Translations under genes and position numbers: made by a program
In this document: positions 10,297-23,809 of the stretch, piece by piece
How the letters are laid out: every line of letters starts with the position of its first letter
Numbering within the stretch: position 1 is the first letter of the stretch
The notes under the pieces: model-generated
Told to the model about the DNA's origin: nothing
Databases searched by the model: none
The model's input: only the letters and a program-made list of their open reading frames with translations
Source of the DNA: Rhizaria sp. SCN 62-66
Lineage: Eukaryota
Length of the DNA: 55,908 bases
Assembly: GCA_001724265.1 (NCBI GenBank)
Contig: MEDY01000023.1
Coordinates: 124,001 to 179,908 of the forward strand
Direction of reading: 5' to 3'

Positions 10297-11823
10297 ATGT
10301 CGAAAAAGACTCCTCTTCCTGTCACCCAGAGCGACTCCAGTGATAGCAGCGATGCTGCCCCTGTCAAGCCCATCAAGAAGGTTGCTCGCTCTATGTCCTC
10401 GTCCGACTCCAGCTCCACCGATGACGACAGCAGCGACAGCGATGTCGAGCCTACCAAGCCCGTTGCCAAGCCTGTTGCCAAGCCCGCCGCCGCCCCGGCC
10501 GCTGCCCTCGCCAAGGGCAAGTCCCCCGTCGTGGCTTCCTCCAAGCCCGCTACTCCCGCCTTTGCCCCCGTCTCCGCCGCCCCCAAGAAGGCCGCCGCGC
10601 CCGCTCAGCAGAAGGAGGCGAGCTCCGACTCCGAGTCCTCCGACTCCACATCTTCCGACGACGACGAGGACGAGGAGGACGGCGAAGGTGCCAGCGCCAG
10701 CGCGCCCAAGAAGCTCTCCCGCGAGAACATCTTTGGCAACGTATGGCGCCCGGACGAAGACCTGATCATCCTGAGCTCGCTTGACCCCAACCAGCCCCGC
10801 ATCGAGCTGTCTCACGTTGACACCATCGTCGCCAAGCTCAAGGACCGCAAGTCGACGGCCGTGATCACGCGCTACCGCCTGCTGCTGAAGGCTTACGCAA
10901 TGACCGTGGACCCCAATGCACCCGAGGCGAAGCGCGAGCGCGCGTTCAAGGGGCTGACGAAGAACCTCACCGAGAAGGATAAGGGCGAGAAGCTGGCGCT
11001 TCTCAAGCTCCACTACGAGGCCGCCAAGGCCCGCAAGGAGCAAGCCGCCATGACGCCCGCGAAGCTGCTGAAGATTGCCAAGAAGGAGGCTGCGGCCAAG
11101 GCCGCCAAGAAGGTACGACACGATAACTGAGAACAGCAAAAGCGAAAACAGCAATACGCAGTGCATCGATGCAAAATATCTAAAATCTATGAGCGTACTT
11201 GGTGCATAAAGGGATGATTGTAATCCTCATAATATGCTGAATATCATTCCACTCTCTGTCTCGACTCTCAAGGTATTTTTTTTATCTCTTTCTCTCTCTC
11301 GTTTTTTCTCCTTTAGGCCTCCGCCGACGAGAGAGATGGCGAGGCCGCTGCTTCCCCTGCCATCACGGGCTCCAAGCGCCCCGCCAGCGACGTCGGCGCC
11401 TCCCCGGCCGCCGACACAATCGCCACGACCTCCAAGAAGGCCGCACCCGCCCTCCTGCCCGGCTACGCCCCCTCGTCTTCCGCAGCATCCATCGCGGCGG
11501 CTGCGTCGGCCGCGGCGGCGGGTGCCCCGTCTGGCGACGCGCTGGTGACCGGTCTCAGCGAGGAGTCGCGCCTCAAGCTCGCGCTGCGCGAGGCCGAGCT
11601 GCGCGCCGACACGGAGAACCGCCGGCTGTTCTTGGCCGAGTGCGAGCGCCAGCAGAACGCGCTGCTCGCCGTCATCGCCAACAGCGACAAGGCGCGCGAG
11701 GCGGCTGAGAAGCTCCGCGAGAAGCGCTACCAGAAACTCAACAACGCACTCATTGCCGCGCTCACTGGCGGCAAGACCGGCAAGGCTGCCGGTGCTGCTG
11801 CGGTCGACAGTGACTCCGATTAA
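10297..11823 (+). CDS. Acidic/Lys-rich protein with a Myb/SANT-like motif and C-terminal coiled coil; exons 10297-11112 and 11317-11823 (440 aa)
   Basis: WRPDEDLIIL...DRKSTAVITRY resembles a Myb/SANT repeat, with Ser/Asp-rich tracts nearby. The phase-0 intron 11113-11316 (GTACGA...TTTAG) joins two coding-like frames. Stop is TAA. Confidence 0.75.
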
Positions 11824-12234
11824 GCGCGTCACATGTGAGTCGGTCTGTCAGCGATTATGTCAACACGCGACGCACATCGCAGTTTATTTTTGTTGGTCTT
11901 CTTTTTTGTTTGTGTCTCATTTTTGTTTTTGTTTTCAGTAACTTATAATAGTATTTTCTTTTTGATACATCGTATTTTCAACATCAGTGAGATGTGTGAT
12001 TTCCCAGTTCTTTCGTTGGTGCGTGTTTGTTTGTGCGCCGCGAAACAAAGTCGTCCAACTCAACGTTCATTTAAACAAAAAATACAACCATGTAATCATG
12101 CTTATCTTCGAACACAATAACTCATATATTTAATAACCCCCCGGTTTTCATTGAAATATATAGCTTGTATTTGTGTTTTCTCAAAACTTTTCATTCTTTT
12201 GATGAACTCATGATTTTAACATCGCAAAAGCAAC

Positions 12235-15200
12235 TCAGCCGACCCGCGGCCTCCTGATGGGCCCGCGCGGCGACGGCGTCTCCGTCGCGCCCACCGAAAC
12301 CGCCCCCGCAACCGTGACCGTCATGTTTCCGCCGCTGCTGTTGCTCACGGGTGTCATAATGACCGTGGTGTTGCTGCTGCCGGCGCCGCTGGCGGGCGAC
12401 TGCGCCTCTGAGCCCAGCCCACCCCCGTGCGGCACCGACAGCGCTTGCGTCAGCACGGTCCGCCCGCCCCTCTGCTGCTGCTGCTGCTGCTGCTGGTGTT
12501 GCTGGTGTTGCTGTTGAAGAGCGAGCTGTTGCTGGTGTGCCTGTTGCTGCGCGGCGCTCAGGTGCGGCTGCGGCAGCGGGGGCATGCCGGCCCTGTTGCT
12601 CATCGCCTGATGCTGCTGCTGTTGCGGTTGCTGCTGCTGAGGGAGTGTGCCGTTGCTGCTGCTGTTGCCCACGAACGTGAACCCCGGCCGACTGCCTCGC
12701 GCCGCACCGGGCGTGGCCGACTGGCCAAACACAGCCCTCCCGCTGCTGCCGCGGCCGACGGCCATGTCCGGCGACGGCGTGCCGCGGTACGTCGCGTCGT
12801 GCGCGTGCGTGGCGGCATCTTGCCCCGGTCCGCCGGCGCCGGCGAGCCCGTCAGGTCCGTTCTCGCCAGAGTCGCTCGTCTCCGTCGCCGACGACGGCAT
12901 CATAAACGCCGAGAACGCCGTGTCGACCGACGCAGTGTGGTGATGACCTCTGCCGGGCCCGTTGTGGGGCCCGCGGCGCGACTGCCCGGGGCCGGGGGAC
13001 GGACCGCCACTGCCGCTGTCATCCAGCTGAGCGCCCGCGCCGTGTCCACCGAGAACATGATTGTTGCTGTAGTTGTTGCTGTAGTCGATGTAAGAGCTCT
13101 CGCGGCCAATAGTCGGGACGTTGAACATCGTCGTCAGCGACTGACGCGCAGCGCGCCTCTGTGAGCCTGTCAGCTGCTGCTGCTGCAGTTGCTGCTGCAG
13201 TTGCTGCTGCTGTTGTGCTTGTTGCTGACTTTGCGCCTACAGCGGCGGAGTCCTGCTTGGAGCCGCCCTAGCGCCGGCGCTGGCGTTTGCGATATTGTTC
13301 GCGGCAGAGAGACGAGAGACACTCTACTGCGAGCCACCCCCAGCGCTATTGCTGAAAGGAGCGACGGGGGTCGATGCCCACGGCGCGCTGCCATGAGCAC
13401 CAGCATTGGCAGAGCTGTTATTGGTGTTACTATTGACAGTGCCAGTGCTAGCGGGCGCGGGCGTTGCAGCCAGCATCGCTGCCGGCGGCATGCCCCCGCC
13501 GCTGCTATTGCCATTGCTCAAGCGCGGCCCGTTGGCGACGCGCGCGGCAATGCTCGACGCCTGTGGCGCATTCTCCGCGAGCACGCGCTCGACGGGCACG
13601 CCAGACGACATCGCGGCCGCCGCGAAGGCGTGGAACGAAGGCACGACGGCGCGGTTCTGCGCGAGGATGTGCGCCGCGACGAACGAGTCGGCGTCCGTGG
13701 CCAGCGCCACGCGGCGGAGAAGCTGCAGCTCGCCGGGCGCAAGCGCGAAGCCCACGGCGCCGACCGTGAGCAGCAGCGTGACTGTCTGCGCGCGCACGGG
13801 CCCCGCGCCAGCGGACGCGGGGGCCCCGGGCGCGCCCGCGGCGGGCTGCGGGCGGCGGACCTGGAACGAGAGCACGTCTCCTGGCCGCGCGAGCCGCAGC
13901 AGCGCCTGAAGGTGCGCGGCGCCGCGCGGGACAACGCCGTCGACGGCCTCGATGATGTCCCAGGGGCGGATGTCCGCCGCGGCCGCGGGTGTGCCTGGAG
14001 TGACGGAAGCGACGAGCACGCCGCCCGCGGCCGCCGAGCCCCAAGGGCTGCCGCCCGCGCCGCCGCCAGGGCCGCCGGACTGCGGGATAAGCCGCGCGTT
14101 GTCGCCGCAGACCATACCGAGCAGCGGCCGCAGCTCGGTGAGCTTAGCGCGCACTTCGCGCGTCAGCACCTTCTCGCGCGGGAACATGTCCGCGGGCAGA
14201 CTCGCGCCCGCGCTAGCGGGCAGCGGCGTGCCGGCGGCAGCGGCGGCGGCGTGGTCGCGGTCCTGCTGCGCTCGCAGAAGCTCGTTGTGGTGCTGCAGCG
14301 CGGACTGGAGCCGCGCCTCGAGCATCGCAATGCCGCTCGAGAGCTTGACGACTTGCTGTTGCCGCGCGGCGGCCTCGGCGCGCGCCTTGTCGAGCTCGCT
14401 CGCCATCGCGGCGAAACGCTCGTTTTGCTCTGCGCCGCTGCTGTTGTCGCCGCCCGTCGCGGTGCTGCCGCGACCGCCGCCGCGCGTGACGACGACAGTG
14501 CTCCCGGCAGCACCGCCACCAATGGCGGAGGCTCCGTCGCCGGTACTGTTGGAGCCGCCGTCGCCGACGGAGCCCGCGCCGTCCTGCTGCGACTGCTGCT
14601 GCTGTTGCTGTAGCTGCTGCTGCAGCTGCTGCTGTTGCTGAAGGTACTGCTGCTGCAGCTGGTTCTGGCGCGTCAGCGCGCCGACCGCGCGCCCCGGCGC
14701 AGCGCCCGGCGCGCCGCCACCGACGCCGCCACCAGCGCCGCCAGCGTTAGTGCCAGCGCCAGCTCCTGTCCCGGCGCCGGCGCGAGAGATGCCCGCCGTC
14801 GCCGCCGCAGCGGCCGCGTACGCGCTGGCCGCCGCCGCCGCGCTTCCCGTAGCGCCCCCGGCCGCGCCCGCGCCGCCGGCCTCGAGCGCCTTGATCGTGG
14901 CCAGCGCGGACGCGAGCCGGCCCTGGACGAGCCCAAGCTCAACCTGAAGCTGCTTGTGCTGGTGCGCGGCACGCGCGGCGACGCCCTGCGCTGCCTGCGT
15001 CTCCTGCTCCAGCGCGAGCCGCTCGCGTGAGACGCGGTCCTGGTCGCCCCGCAGCGCCGCCGAATCGCGCTGTGCCGCTAGCAGACGCTGCCGGTCGGCG
15101 CGGGCGCGCGCCCACAGGGAAGACAAGTCCGCGCGCAGACGGTGGAAGGTGGACTGCGCCGCCGCCACAGTCGTCGACGTGGACGTCTCGCCCTCGCTAT

Positions 15201-18200
15201 AGCCAGCGCTCGCGCCTAAGGTACTGGTGAACGCGGAGGAGTCGGCGATCGCGGCGAGCTCGTCTTCAATGGCCTGCCAGGGGTCGGTCTCGACGCCGGG
15301 AGCGTTCGCGTTGACAACGCCCGGTGCGTTCATCTGGCCCTTGCCGCGCGAGCCGCGCTTTCCGGCCGCGGCCCCGGCGGCACCTGCAGCCGTCGCTGCT
15401 GGAGCGGTGCCGCTGCTGCTGTGCGCATTGGTGGTCTCGATTGCAACGGCGCGCGCGAGCGCCGTTTGCGTGGCCGTGACGACCTTGAGTGCGCGCGACA
15501 GTGCGGCGCGCTCTGCGAGGGCGCGGTCGGCCTCAGCCTTCTGCTGCGCAGCCGCGGCGTCGGCCCGGGCTTTGGCGGCGCGCGCGGCCGAGAGCTCGAC
15601 CGTGACGGCCTCTTCAGCAGCACGGCTGCCGTCGCGGTCGCGCGTAGCCTGCAGCAGCTGCCGCTTGAGCATAGCGACGAGCTGCTCGAGCTGTTCGTTG
15701 CGCGCCAGCATCTGTGTCGACGGCGACTGCGACGCCGCCTGCTGCGCTGCCCACAGCGCGCGCTGCAGCTCCTTGAGCGACGCCGTCGCCATCGCGTTGC
15801 GCTCTTCCAGCGCGGCAACGCGCGCAGTTGCCGCGGCGTCCTCGAGCGTCTGCGCGCTAAGCAGAGAACCGCTGCGCCCGTGGCCCGCTCCGATATGCGC
15901 GCCTACTGCACCGCTCTTCGCACCGAGCTTGCCGGTCTTGCCGCCGCGCTCAGGCTTCGCGCCAGCCGTGCCCGCGGACTTGGTGTTCGCGGCGTTCGCC
16001 AGTGAGCGGCGGCGACGGCGCGTCGCAGCGTGGCCATCGTCGTCGTAGCCGCCCTCCGGAGCGTTCTCATCGTCTTCGTCGTCATCATCGTCATAAGGGC
16101 CATCGTACTCATCGCCACCGTTGCCGTCAAAACCGTTGGCCTCCGACAGAGCGGCGGCCGCGGCGGCCTCGGCTGCGGCGACGGCCTCCGCAGCCGCGGC
16201 AGCGCCCGCAGCCTGCGCCGCATCCAGCGCAGCCCGCGCGGCCTCAGCCTGCGCGCGCCACTTCGCGGCCTCAATCTTGGCGTCGCGTGCGTCGTTCTCG
16301 GCCTGCGCCGTGCGCTCCTGCTCCTCAGACAGGCGCCCCGCCAGCACGGCCCGGTCGCGCGCAACAGCCTTCTCGCGCGTCACCGCGTCGGCCCGCGCCG
16401 CGGCGAGTTCGCCCTCTTTGAGTGACAACGCGCCCTCAACCGCGGCCTTCTCCCGCAGCGCGCGCTCTTCGGCGGCGGCGAGCGCGCGCACGTGCGCCAG
16501 CGACGGCCGCGCGTCCTCAGCTGCTCGCAGCGCAGCGACTTCCACGCGTCCGGCCGCGAGGGCAGCGCGCGCGGTCGCGGCGGCGTCCTCGGCGACGGCG
16601 CGCGCGGCCCGCTCCGCGTCAAGCGCCTGCGCTACGGCGAGCAGCTCGCTCTCGATCGCGCTGTGCCGCTGCAGAGACGCCTCGTACGCCTGTGTGCGCG
16701 CGTTGAGCGCGGCAGCGTCGGTCTGCACGCCGACGTCCGCGACAGTGGGGCCGGAGCCGGCGCCGCGGGAGCCCAGCGCTAGGGAAAGCGAGACAAGCGC
16801 GGTGGCCACGTCGTCGCTGTCGCCGGCACCGTCGGCGCTGCTGGCGAGGCTGCGGCGCGAGGCGGCGATGGCGCGCGCGAGAGAGAGCGGCACGGTCACG
16901 TCGCGGGGCTGGCCCGTGCGCGGATCGGCAACCTTAAGCCGCAACATGTGCCCGCCGTCGTGGCTGTGGCTGGTGGCCACCTCCGCGTCATTGGCCGCAG
17001 TGCTGCTCTCTCTCGGGACTGACGCGTCAAGGCCGTTCGCGGCAGTGGCGTCGTCGCCCTCAGCATCAGTCGCAGTGCTTCTGGTGATCTTGCTGCTACT
17101 AACGCTGTTGTTATGGCTCACGTGCGTGTACGCAAGCGAAGGGTTGCTCGCAATGGCGCGCGCCGCTGCTTCCGCAATCGCCATTGCGTATGCGAACGCG
17201 GCGTAGGGACCGCGCGGCACGATGAGCGTGCGCCACGAAGGCTGCGACACGCGGCCCGAGGCCGGATCCAGCGCCCAGCGGTAGCGCTGCGTGGCCACCG
17301 CCGTGTCACTGCCGTCTGCACCGGTGGTACCAGGGCTAGAAGCACAGTCAGCCGCCGCCACCGCCGCATCGCTGTTGTTCCCATTGGCGCCGCTAACGTT
17401 GGTGTTAAGCGCGATTGCAACGAAGTCAGCGCCGGCACCCGCGCCCGTGGCGGCCGGTGACGCGGTGACCGCGCCCGGGGCCGGCGCGTGCGGCTGCGCG
17501 GGACCGAAGCTCTGGTGTGGCGCGTGATGATACGGCAACGCCCCGCTGGCGTTGCTGCTGCCCGCCGCAAGCGCGCCGCTTGGCGTCAGTTTAGAGCGGC
17601 CCAGGTAGATCTCTTTGTCGGCGCCTGTGGCCGTCGCGCCCGGCACGAGTCCCGCCGGGCCGTGTCGGAACCCCTGGTACCCGTGTCCTTGCGTGCCGGG
17701 CGCGTGGTTGTACGCTGTGGCAGCCCCGGTGAGGGGGGCGGCACCGTCAGGCCCCGGCACAGCGTCGTGAAACGCATAGCTCCAGCCGCTGAAGACTGGC
17801 ACGGCCGCCACAGCCAGCGCGCCGTGCTGGGTGGCGCCGCGCGGAAACGGTGCACCGTCGTCGCCGTCGGTATCCGGTGCATCCATACTGAAGAGGCGGG
17901 CGGTCGGCGGCGGCGATGGCGAGCGCGCCGCGGCGTGGCTGCCCGGCGTCACCGCGCGCGTCGAGGTGAATGCGGTGCGGTATGAGTACGACTGGCCCTG
18001 CCCCGGTGTGTTCGAGGACGGCAGGCCTGCAGCGGCGACGCCGGGGGTTTTGCTGCTGCGTAGTCCGACAGAGCGCGTGTATCGGCCAGGTGTGTGCGGC
18101 GCAGCGGCCGCAGGAGTGCCCAAACAGGCCTTGGACGCAGTTTGCGTCATTCCAACACCGGTAGGGCCCTCGGCGCCAGCCTTCGTAGTTTCGTTAGCGG

Positions 18201-18885
18201 AACTGGAGATGTTGTTGTTCGAGTTGCGACTAGCAGAGTCAGAGTCTGCGGCGTCGAGCGCGGCGACGAGCGCTGCGGCCGAGACAGGTGTCGCGGAGGC
18301 CGTGGGCGCAGATGCCGCGAGCGGAGCCAGCGATGGAGGTAGCACTGGGCCCATTGTGGGCGACGACACACCGCTCGAAGCGCCGGGAGCATTGTTCAGG
18401 TTGTTAATTGTGTTGGAATGTGAGCCGCGAGCGGAGTACGGCGACTGCGGGCCGGGTCCGCGCGGAGTTGACCCGGATGCTGCGCCATTGCCCGCAGCAG
18501 CGCGGAACGACAGCGTGGAAGCCGCGGGGAGGCCGGGGCGCGAGATGGGCGGCAGCGCGCCCGTGGCGACGTCCTGACCGCCGACCTGCGCCGCCTCCGC
18601 CGTGGTGAGCATTCCGGCGGCCTTGAGATGGTGTTGCGCCTCCGCCAGCGCCACAAGTGCGGCCTGACGCAGAGCCGTCGCTTGCAGGTCGACTGTGGTC
18701 GACGCGCTCGCCGTCGCGGAGGCGGACATGGCACTCATCTTGGCGAAGTTGCCACCGCTGTTGCTGCCGCTGCCGTCCGTGCTACGGGCGGAGTGAGGAT
18801 CGGCGGTGGTGTCGCCACCATGCATGCGCGCGGCCGCCGCCTCCTTCTTGCGGTTGCGCAGAAGCTGCGCTTTGACGCTGTGCAT
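12235..18885 (-). CDS. Large coiled-coil plus PDZ-domain protein (2216 aa if two in-frame TAGs are read as sense)
   Basis: PDZ-like segment at about 14125-13850 (GVLVASVTPGTPAAAADIRPWDIIEAVDG...PGDVLSFQVRR) and long coiled coils. ORFs 13324-19026 and 12235-13128 are in the same frame and separated only by TAGs at 13324-13326 and 13237-13239. First ATG is at 18885 and the final stop is TGA. Confidence 0.75.
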
Positions 18886-19257
18886 TACTGGGACGTGAGA
18901 AGCCCGCAATGAAGGTGGGCTGTGCTGTGGAGAAAGGGAGAAACGGACTGTCAGCACCACAAGGGATTCACAAGGATTAACGTTTGATGAGAGAGTTTTG
19001 AAAAGAGAATAAAAGGAAAAGTACACGACTTAACTTAATTTGATCGTAACACAAAACATCCACGATGAAACCAACCCGCTAGTGATACTTTTCAGAAGCT
19101 CGACCGAGCAAGGTTGATCGTGGCTCTCCATGGGGCAGCAACTTGGATCCAAACTTTCAGCACATAGCTCTCTCAAACCTGATCGTCGTCAGCAGTACTG
19201 ACGTGCTCAATGACATAGGTTCCTGTTGATGAACTAATTCTTGTTTTAACAGACTGC

Positions 19258-20148
19258 ATGCGCAAGTCTGTGGCTATCCACGCCGGCGCGCGCCGTGCCG
19301 CCGTCCTCGCTGCGACCTCCGTCAACAACACTGGAGATATGTATGACAACGACGAAGATGACAGCGTCTGCATCTACGCTTCCAAAGCGGTCTCCGAACA
19401 GGCTCGCCTTCTGTTCCGCTTTCACACTCTCCTGCTCGCGCCCATCCCCGACAAACACCGCTTGGCGATCATCAACGCGCTCGTATCTAGTCCAGTCGCA
19501 GGCTCGTTCCTCGCCGCGCTCGCTGCGCTGCTTTACGACGGCCAGTTTGCGCTCAGTTACTCCCTTGGCTGGCTTGCCGTGCTTGCCTCGCACCACCTTG
19601 CGTTTCATCCACGCTTTGCTGCGCTCGCCGCAGACACTGCGCTGCTCGACAACGCCGCCGTGCAACTCAAAGCCTCTTCCTCTGCAGCGTTATCCAATTT
19701 AGACAGCGCAGACGGCGACATCACAGGTAACACAGGCACTGGTGCATCCGTATATCCACTGTACGCCGCGTTGGTACACTTTTTTAGTGATCTCGGTGCA
19801 ACCCGCAACGGTATCGCCGTGCTATCGCATGTTCCGCTGCTGCCTGCGACGCTGCATGCGGTGTACGCGCGCGAGCTGCGGCGCGCGCCGGGGCGGGGCC
19901 GCGCGGGCGAGCGGCTGGTGTCGACGTTGCCGCTGGCCGCGCTGGCCAAGGATCTGCTGCTCGCGCTGTCGCCCGGCGTGCGCGGGGCGAGGACGGCGCT
20001 GGCAGCGATCGCGGCGCACCGGCGGCAACACGCGACGATGACACCGACAAATGCGACTATGACTGCGAACGCGAACGCGGCTTTGGTCCAGCAGCAAAGT
20101 GGGACGGTGGTGTTGCAACAACAGCATCATATACATGCAAGCAGATGA
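19258..20148 (+). CDS. Uncharacterised helical (possibly ARM/HEAT-like) protein; 5' structure uncertain
   Basis: 296-codon Leu/Ala-rich ORF with coding-like composition. An acceptor-like CTAAT...TTAACAG lies 5 nt before the ATG. Stop is TGA. Confidence 0.55.
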   Translation: MRKSVAIHAGARRAAVLAATSVNNTGDMYDNDEDDSVCIYASKAVSEQARLLFRFHTLLLAPIPDKHRLAIINALVSSPVAGSFLAALAALLYDGQFALSYSLGWLAVLASHHLAFHPRFAALAADTALLDNAAVQLKASSSAALSNLDSADGDITGNTGTGASVYPLYAALVHFFSDLGATRNGIAVLSHVPLLPATLHAVYARELRRAPGRGRAGERLVSTLPLAALAKDLLLALSPGVRGARTALAAIAAHRRQHATMTPTNATMTANANAALVQQQSGTVVLQQQHHIHASR

Positions 20149-20736
20149 CCCAAGGGCTATTATAAAAGTATCAACGACACCCATGGAGGCAATGCTCGTA
20201 CGTTTCTGAGATAACACGTGCACTGATTTCATGCGCAGGTGCGTCAAAGTCACACCAGTGCAAAAGATGGCAACTATTTAGCAACCTTTCTTCACGGTCA
20301 GTGTCCCAAAAGAGTGAAAGCAGTTGCCTTTACCGCATTTGCATCAAAAGCTTTGACCTTGAAACGAACAAAATCAACCGCCGGTGAAGAGTGAGGATCA
20401 GCTGAAGGCTGAAGCAACGCTAAGTGAGACGCGCGTCGAGCTGAAAAACGTTCAGTCTTAGCTTGATAAACTAATTCATCACCAGGTCCACATTGAGACT
20501 CTGCACCGTTATGACGTGGAGATGAAACAAATTGTGTATAATAGTAATATTGATGTTAAGAACGAAAATAAAATACAATAGAAAAGAACATAAAATACAA
20601 ACAAAAATAAGCGCTGAACAAAATGAAGAACCCGCAAATAAATTGTCATCTTGATCAGTTTTCGGACCAAATATCTCGAAAGTCAGAATCGGTCAGGTCA
20701 CTTCAATAAAGCTGAACCGGTACGAGAACGTGTTCT

Positions 20737-23700
20737 TTACGCGGAGCCGGTGTGCGCGGCGGTGACGTGCGAGAACAGGTGCCCGTGGGCAGCGGCCGTG
20801 GCGAGCTCAGCCGCGGCCTCGGCGACGGCAGCGGCGATGGCGCTGCGCTCGGCAGGCTCGGCGCGTGCGGCGCCTGCGCAGAGCGCGAGCAGCGGGAACA
20901 GTGCCACGATCAGCGGACGGCGGTGCGGCGCGGCACCGTCGGCAGGCGTCGAGTGCGTCGCCGCCGCGCGCGCGGGGACGTGGCGGGAGACAATGGGCGC
21001 GGCGAGCAACGCAGTGGCGGCCGTGGCGGCGACGCGCGTGTTGCACGCGAGCGCGAGCAGCCAGCGCAGGTCGGGCGTCGGCAGCGGCACAGTGATGTTC
21101 TTGGTTGCGGGGCCGTGCGGCACGCCGGCAGACTGCTGCGACAGCGGCGACATCTGCGACGGCGACGAGAGCAGCGTGGCGGACGCGGGCGGCATGCTGA
21201 TGCGAGCGGCGTCGAGTTCAGCGGCCGCAGCGGCGGCACTGGAGCCGGCAGTGGCACCAGTGGCGGCGGCAGCAGCAGAGTCGATGCGCTTGCCCTCATC
21301 ATCGTGGTGTGCGGGGGACACGTCGTCGGCGAAGAAGTCGGCGGCACTGGTGACGGGCGTGGCGAGCGCCTCGGCCTCGGCGGCCGCAGCGGCCTCCGCC
21401 TCGGCGACGGGGTCCGGGAACGCCGACAGTGGCTGCGGCACGCCGGCCGTCTCGAGCCACTGGTCGATGATCGCAGCCGACGCCCGCGCCAGCGCACGCG
21501 AGGCGGCGACAGGCAGCGCGCGCTCGTACTGGCCGACCGAAGCCGCGGGCGGGCCGGCGAGCGCGGCAAGCAGCTGCAGCCGCACGCGCCAGAGCGGCGC
21601 CGCAGGGCCCGCGAGCGCGAGGCGCGCCCAGCCGGCGATCGCGGCGCTGGGGCGCGCGGCGGACGAGAAAGGCTGCAGGGTCGCGGGCGCGACGGGCAGC
21701 GCCGCCCAGAGCGCCTTGGGGGCCGACGCCGTGGCCGTGACGAGCGCGAAAAGGCGGCGGCGCACTGCGGGGGCCGCGGCGCGCGCAGCGGGCACCACGG
21801 ACTCGGTGAGCGCGCGGAGCACGCCGCGCTGGATGAGCGACCACGCGTCGACGTCGGCCCACGTGAGGCTGCCGCCGGAGCCGCGGCCGCGGAAGAGGGC
21901 CGCGGCGAGAGTGGCGGCGTCGGCGGCAGACTCGGTGCCGAACAGCGCAGAGGTCGCCTCGGGGGACAGAGACGCCGCAAGAGATGCCTCGGCGAGGTCG
22001 GGGCCGCCAAGGAACAGCGCGCTGAGGTCGCCGACGGCCGCGAAGAGCGCGTCGAGCGCGGACGGCGCGGCGGGCGCGGGGGCTGACTCAGGGATCTCGG
22101 TCGGCGCGCCCGCGGCGCAGGCGGCGGCGACGGCGCGGGGCAGCGCGACGCGCGCGATGGCCTCGACGAGCGCGCCCGCGGCGGCGAGCACAGGGCGCGC
22201 TGCGGCCAGACCGTCCGACAGTGCAGGGTGGCGCGGGAGCGGCGCGGCCGAGGGAGACGCCGCGGGCAGCCAGAGGAAGGCGTCGGCCGCGGCCGGGGTC
22301 GGCGGCTGCACGAACAGGTGAGCCAGCGCCGGCGTGAAAGCAGCTACAGGCGCGACACTGTTGTCGCCCTCATTGGAGTTGCCGTCGACGGAGGAGACGG
22401 TGACGAGCGCGGTGAGGATGCCGGGCGCGGCGGCGACGGGGACGAGCGCGGTGAGCGCGGCGACGACGGCGGGCAGCGATGCGCCGAGCGCCGCGGCGTC
22501 AGCCTCGGGCGCGGTCACCAGCGCGCGCAGCGCATCAAGCGCAGCGACGACGAAGTCCGGCGACGCCACCATGAGCTGCTGCAACCCGGCGCCGGAGCGC
22601 AGCGGCCACTGCGGCGCGGCCTCGGCGATGGCGGCGGCGCCGGGCGCGGCGGCGTGGGCCGCGGGCGCGATGGCCGCGAAGGCCGCACTGGCCGACGGGC
22701 CCGCCGACGGCGACGGCGCGCGCACCGAGAGAAGCGACGTCAGCGCGGCAACGGCGACGGGCCACGACGCGGCGTCGGCGGCCGATGCGGCAAGCTGGCG
22801 CAGCACGCACTCCTGCAGCGGCGACGGCGCGCCGCGCGGGCGGTACGCGGCCGACCCGCCCAGCGCGGCGGCCGCGGCAGCGCGCGACAGCGGCAGTAGC
22901 GGCTCCGTGGCGGCGAGCGCGGCGGCTGCGGCAGCGAGCGCGGACCGCTCGGCGCCCGTCCAGCTCTCGCGCAGCGGCGACTTGGTGGCGGCGGCGGATA
23001 TGATCTCCGCGAGACCCGTGGCGGAGCGCGACCACTGCTCAGCGGCGCAGCGCGCGGCATCGCCGTCGAGCGCCTGCGCCGTCGCCAGCGCGCCGCGCAG
23101 GGGCTGCTGCAGCGCGGCGCTGGGGCCGGCCGCAGCGACCGAGCCCGAGCGCAGCAGCGCCAGCACCGCCTCAGGGCCGTCCACAGCAGCGGCAGCGCCA
23201 GTGGCAGCGGTAGTTTCGTCGCTGTCGTCGGAGTCATCGTTGTCGTTGTCGTCGTCGGAGAACGTGGCCTCCTCGGCGGCGCCTAGTGTGAGCGCGCGCT
23301 GCAGCGCCGTGGCGGCCGACACGCGCGCGGGCGCGTTGCTCGCGGCCAGCGGCGGCAGCAGCGCCGTAACCGCGGGCGCAGACGCCAGCAGCGCGGCGAT
23401 CTCCTCGCCGCCCTCGGCCGCGGTCACGCCGGCGACGCGCGCCGTGTGGCCCAGTGCCCAAAAGGCCAGCGCAGAGGCGCGGGACACGGCGTGGCGCGTC
23501 GCGGCAACGAGTGCGGGTGCCGTCAGCGGGCGCAGCGCGGCAGCAAGCGCTGCGCCGGAGGGCACGCGGGCCAGCGCGGCGGGCGCCGGGAGCGCCTCGG
23601 CCAGCGCGGTCGCGGCCGCGGCGGAGACTTCGGCGGACGGGTGCGAAAGGCCCGAGGCGAGCAGGCGCAGCAGCGCGCCCCACGCGCGGCGCGCCTGGCC

Positions 23701-23778
23701 GGCAAACACCGCACCCGCGGGGTCAGACCAGTCGATGCGCGCACCGACGGACGCGTTGCCGCCCGCGGCAGTGACGAC

Positions 23779-23809
<31 letters not shown>

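Noticed and set aside
13237-13327. Possible intron GTAGAG...CTGTAG removing both TAGs
   Set aside because: The donor is non-consensus and the interior is GC-rich and coding-like. Splicing would shift the frame to stop at 13170 and orphan a clearly coding-like 300-codon segment.
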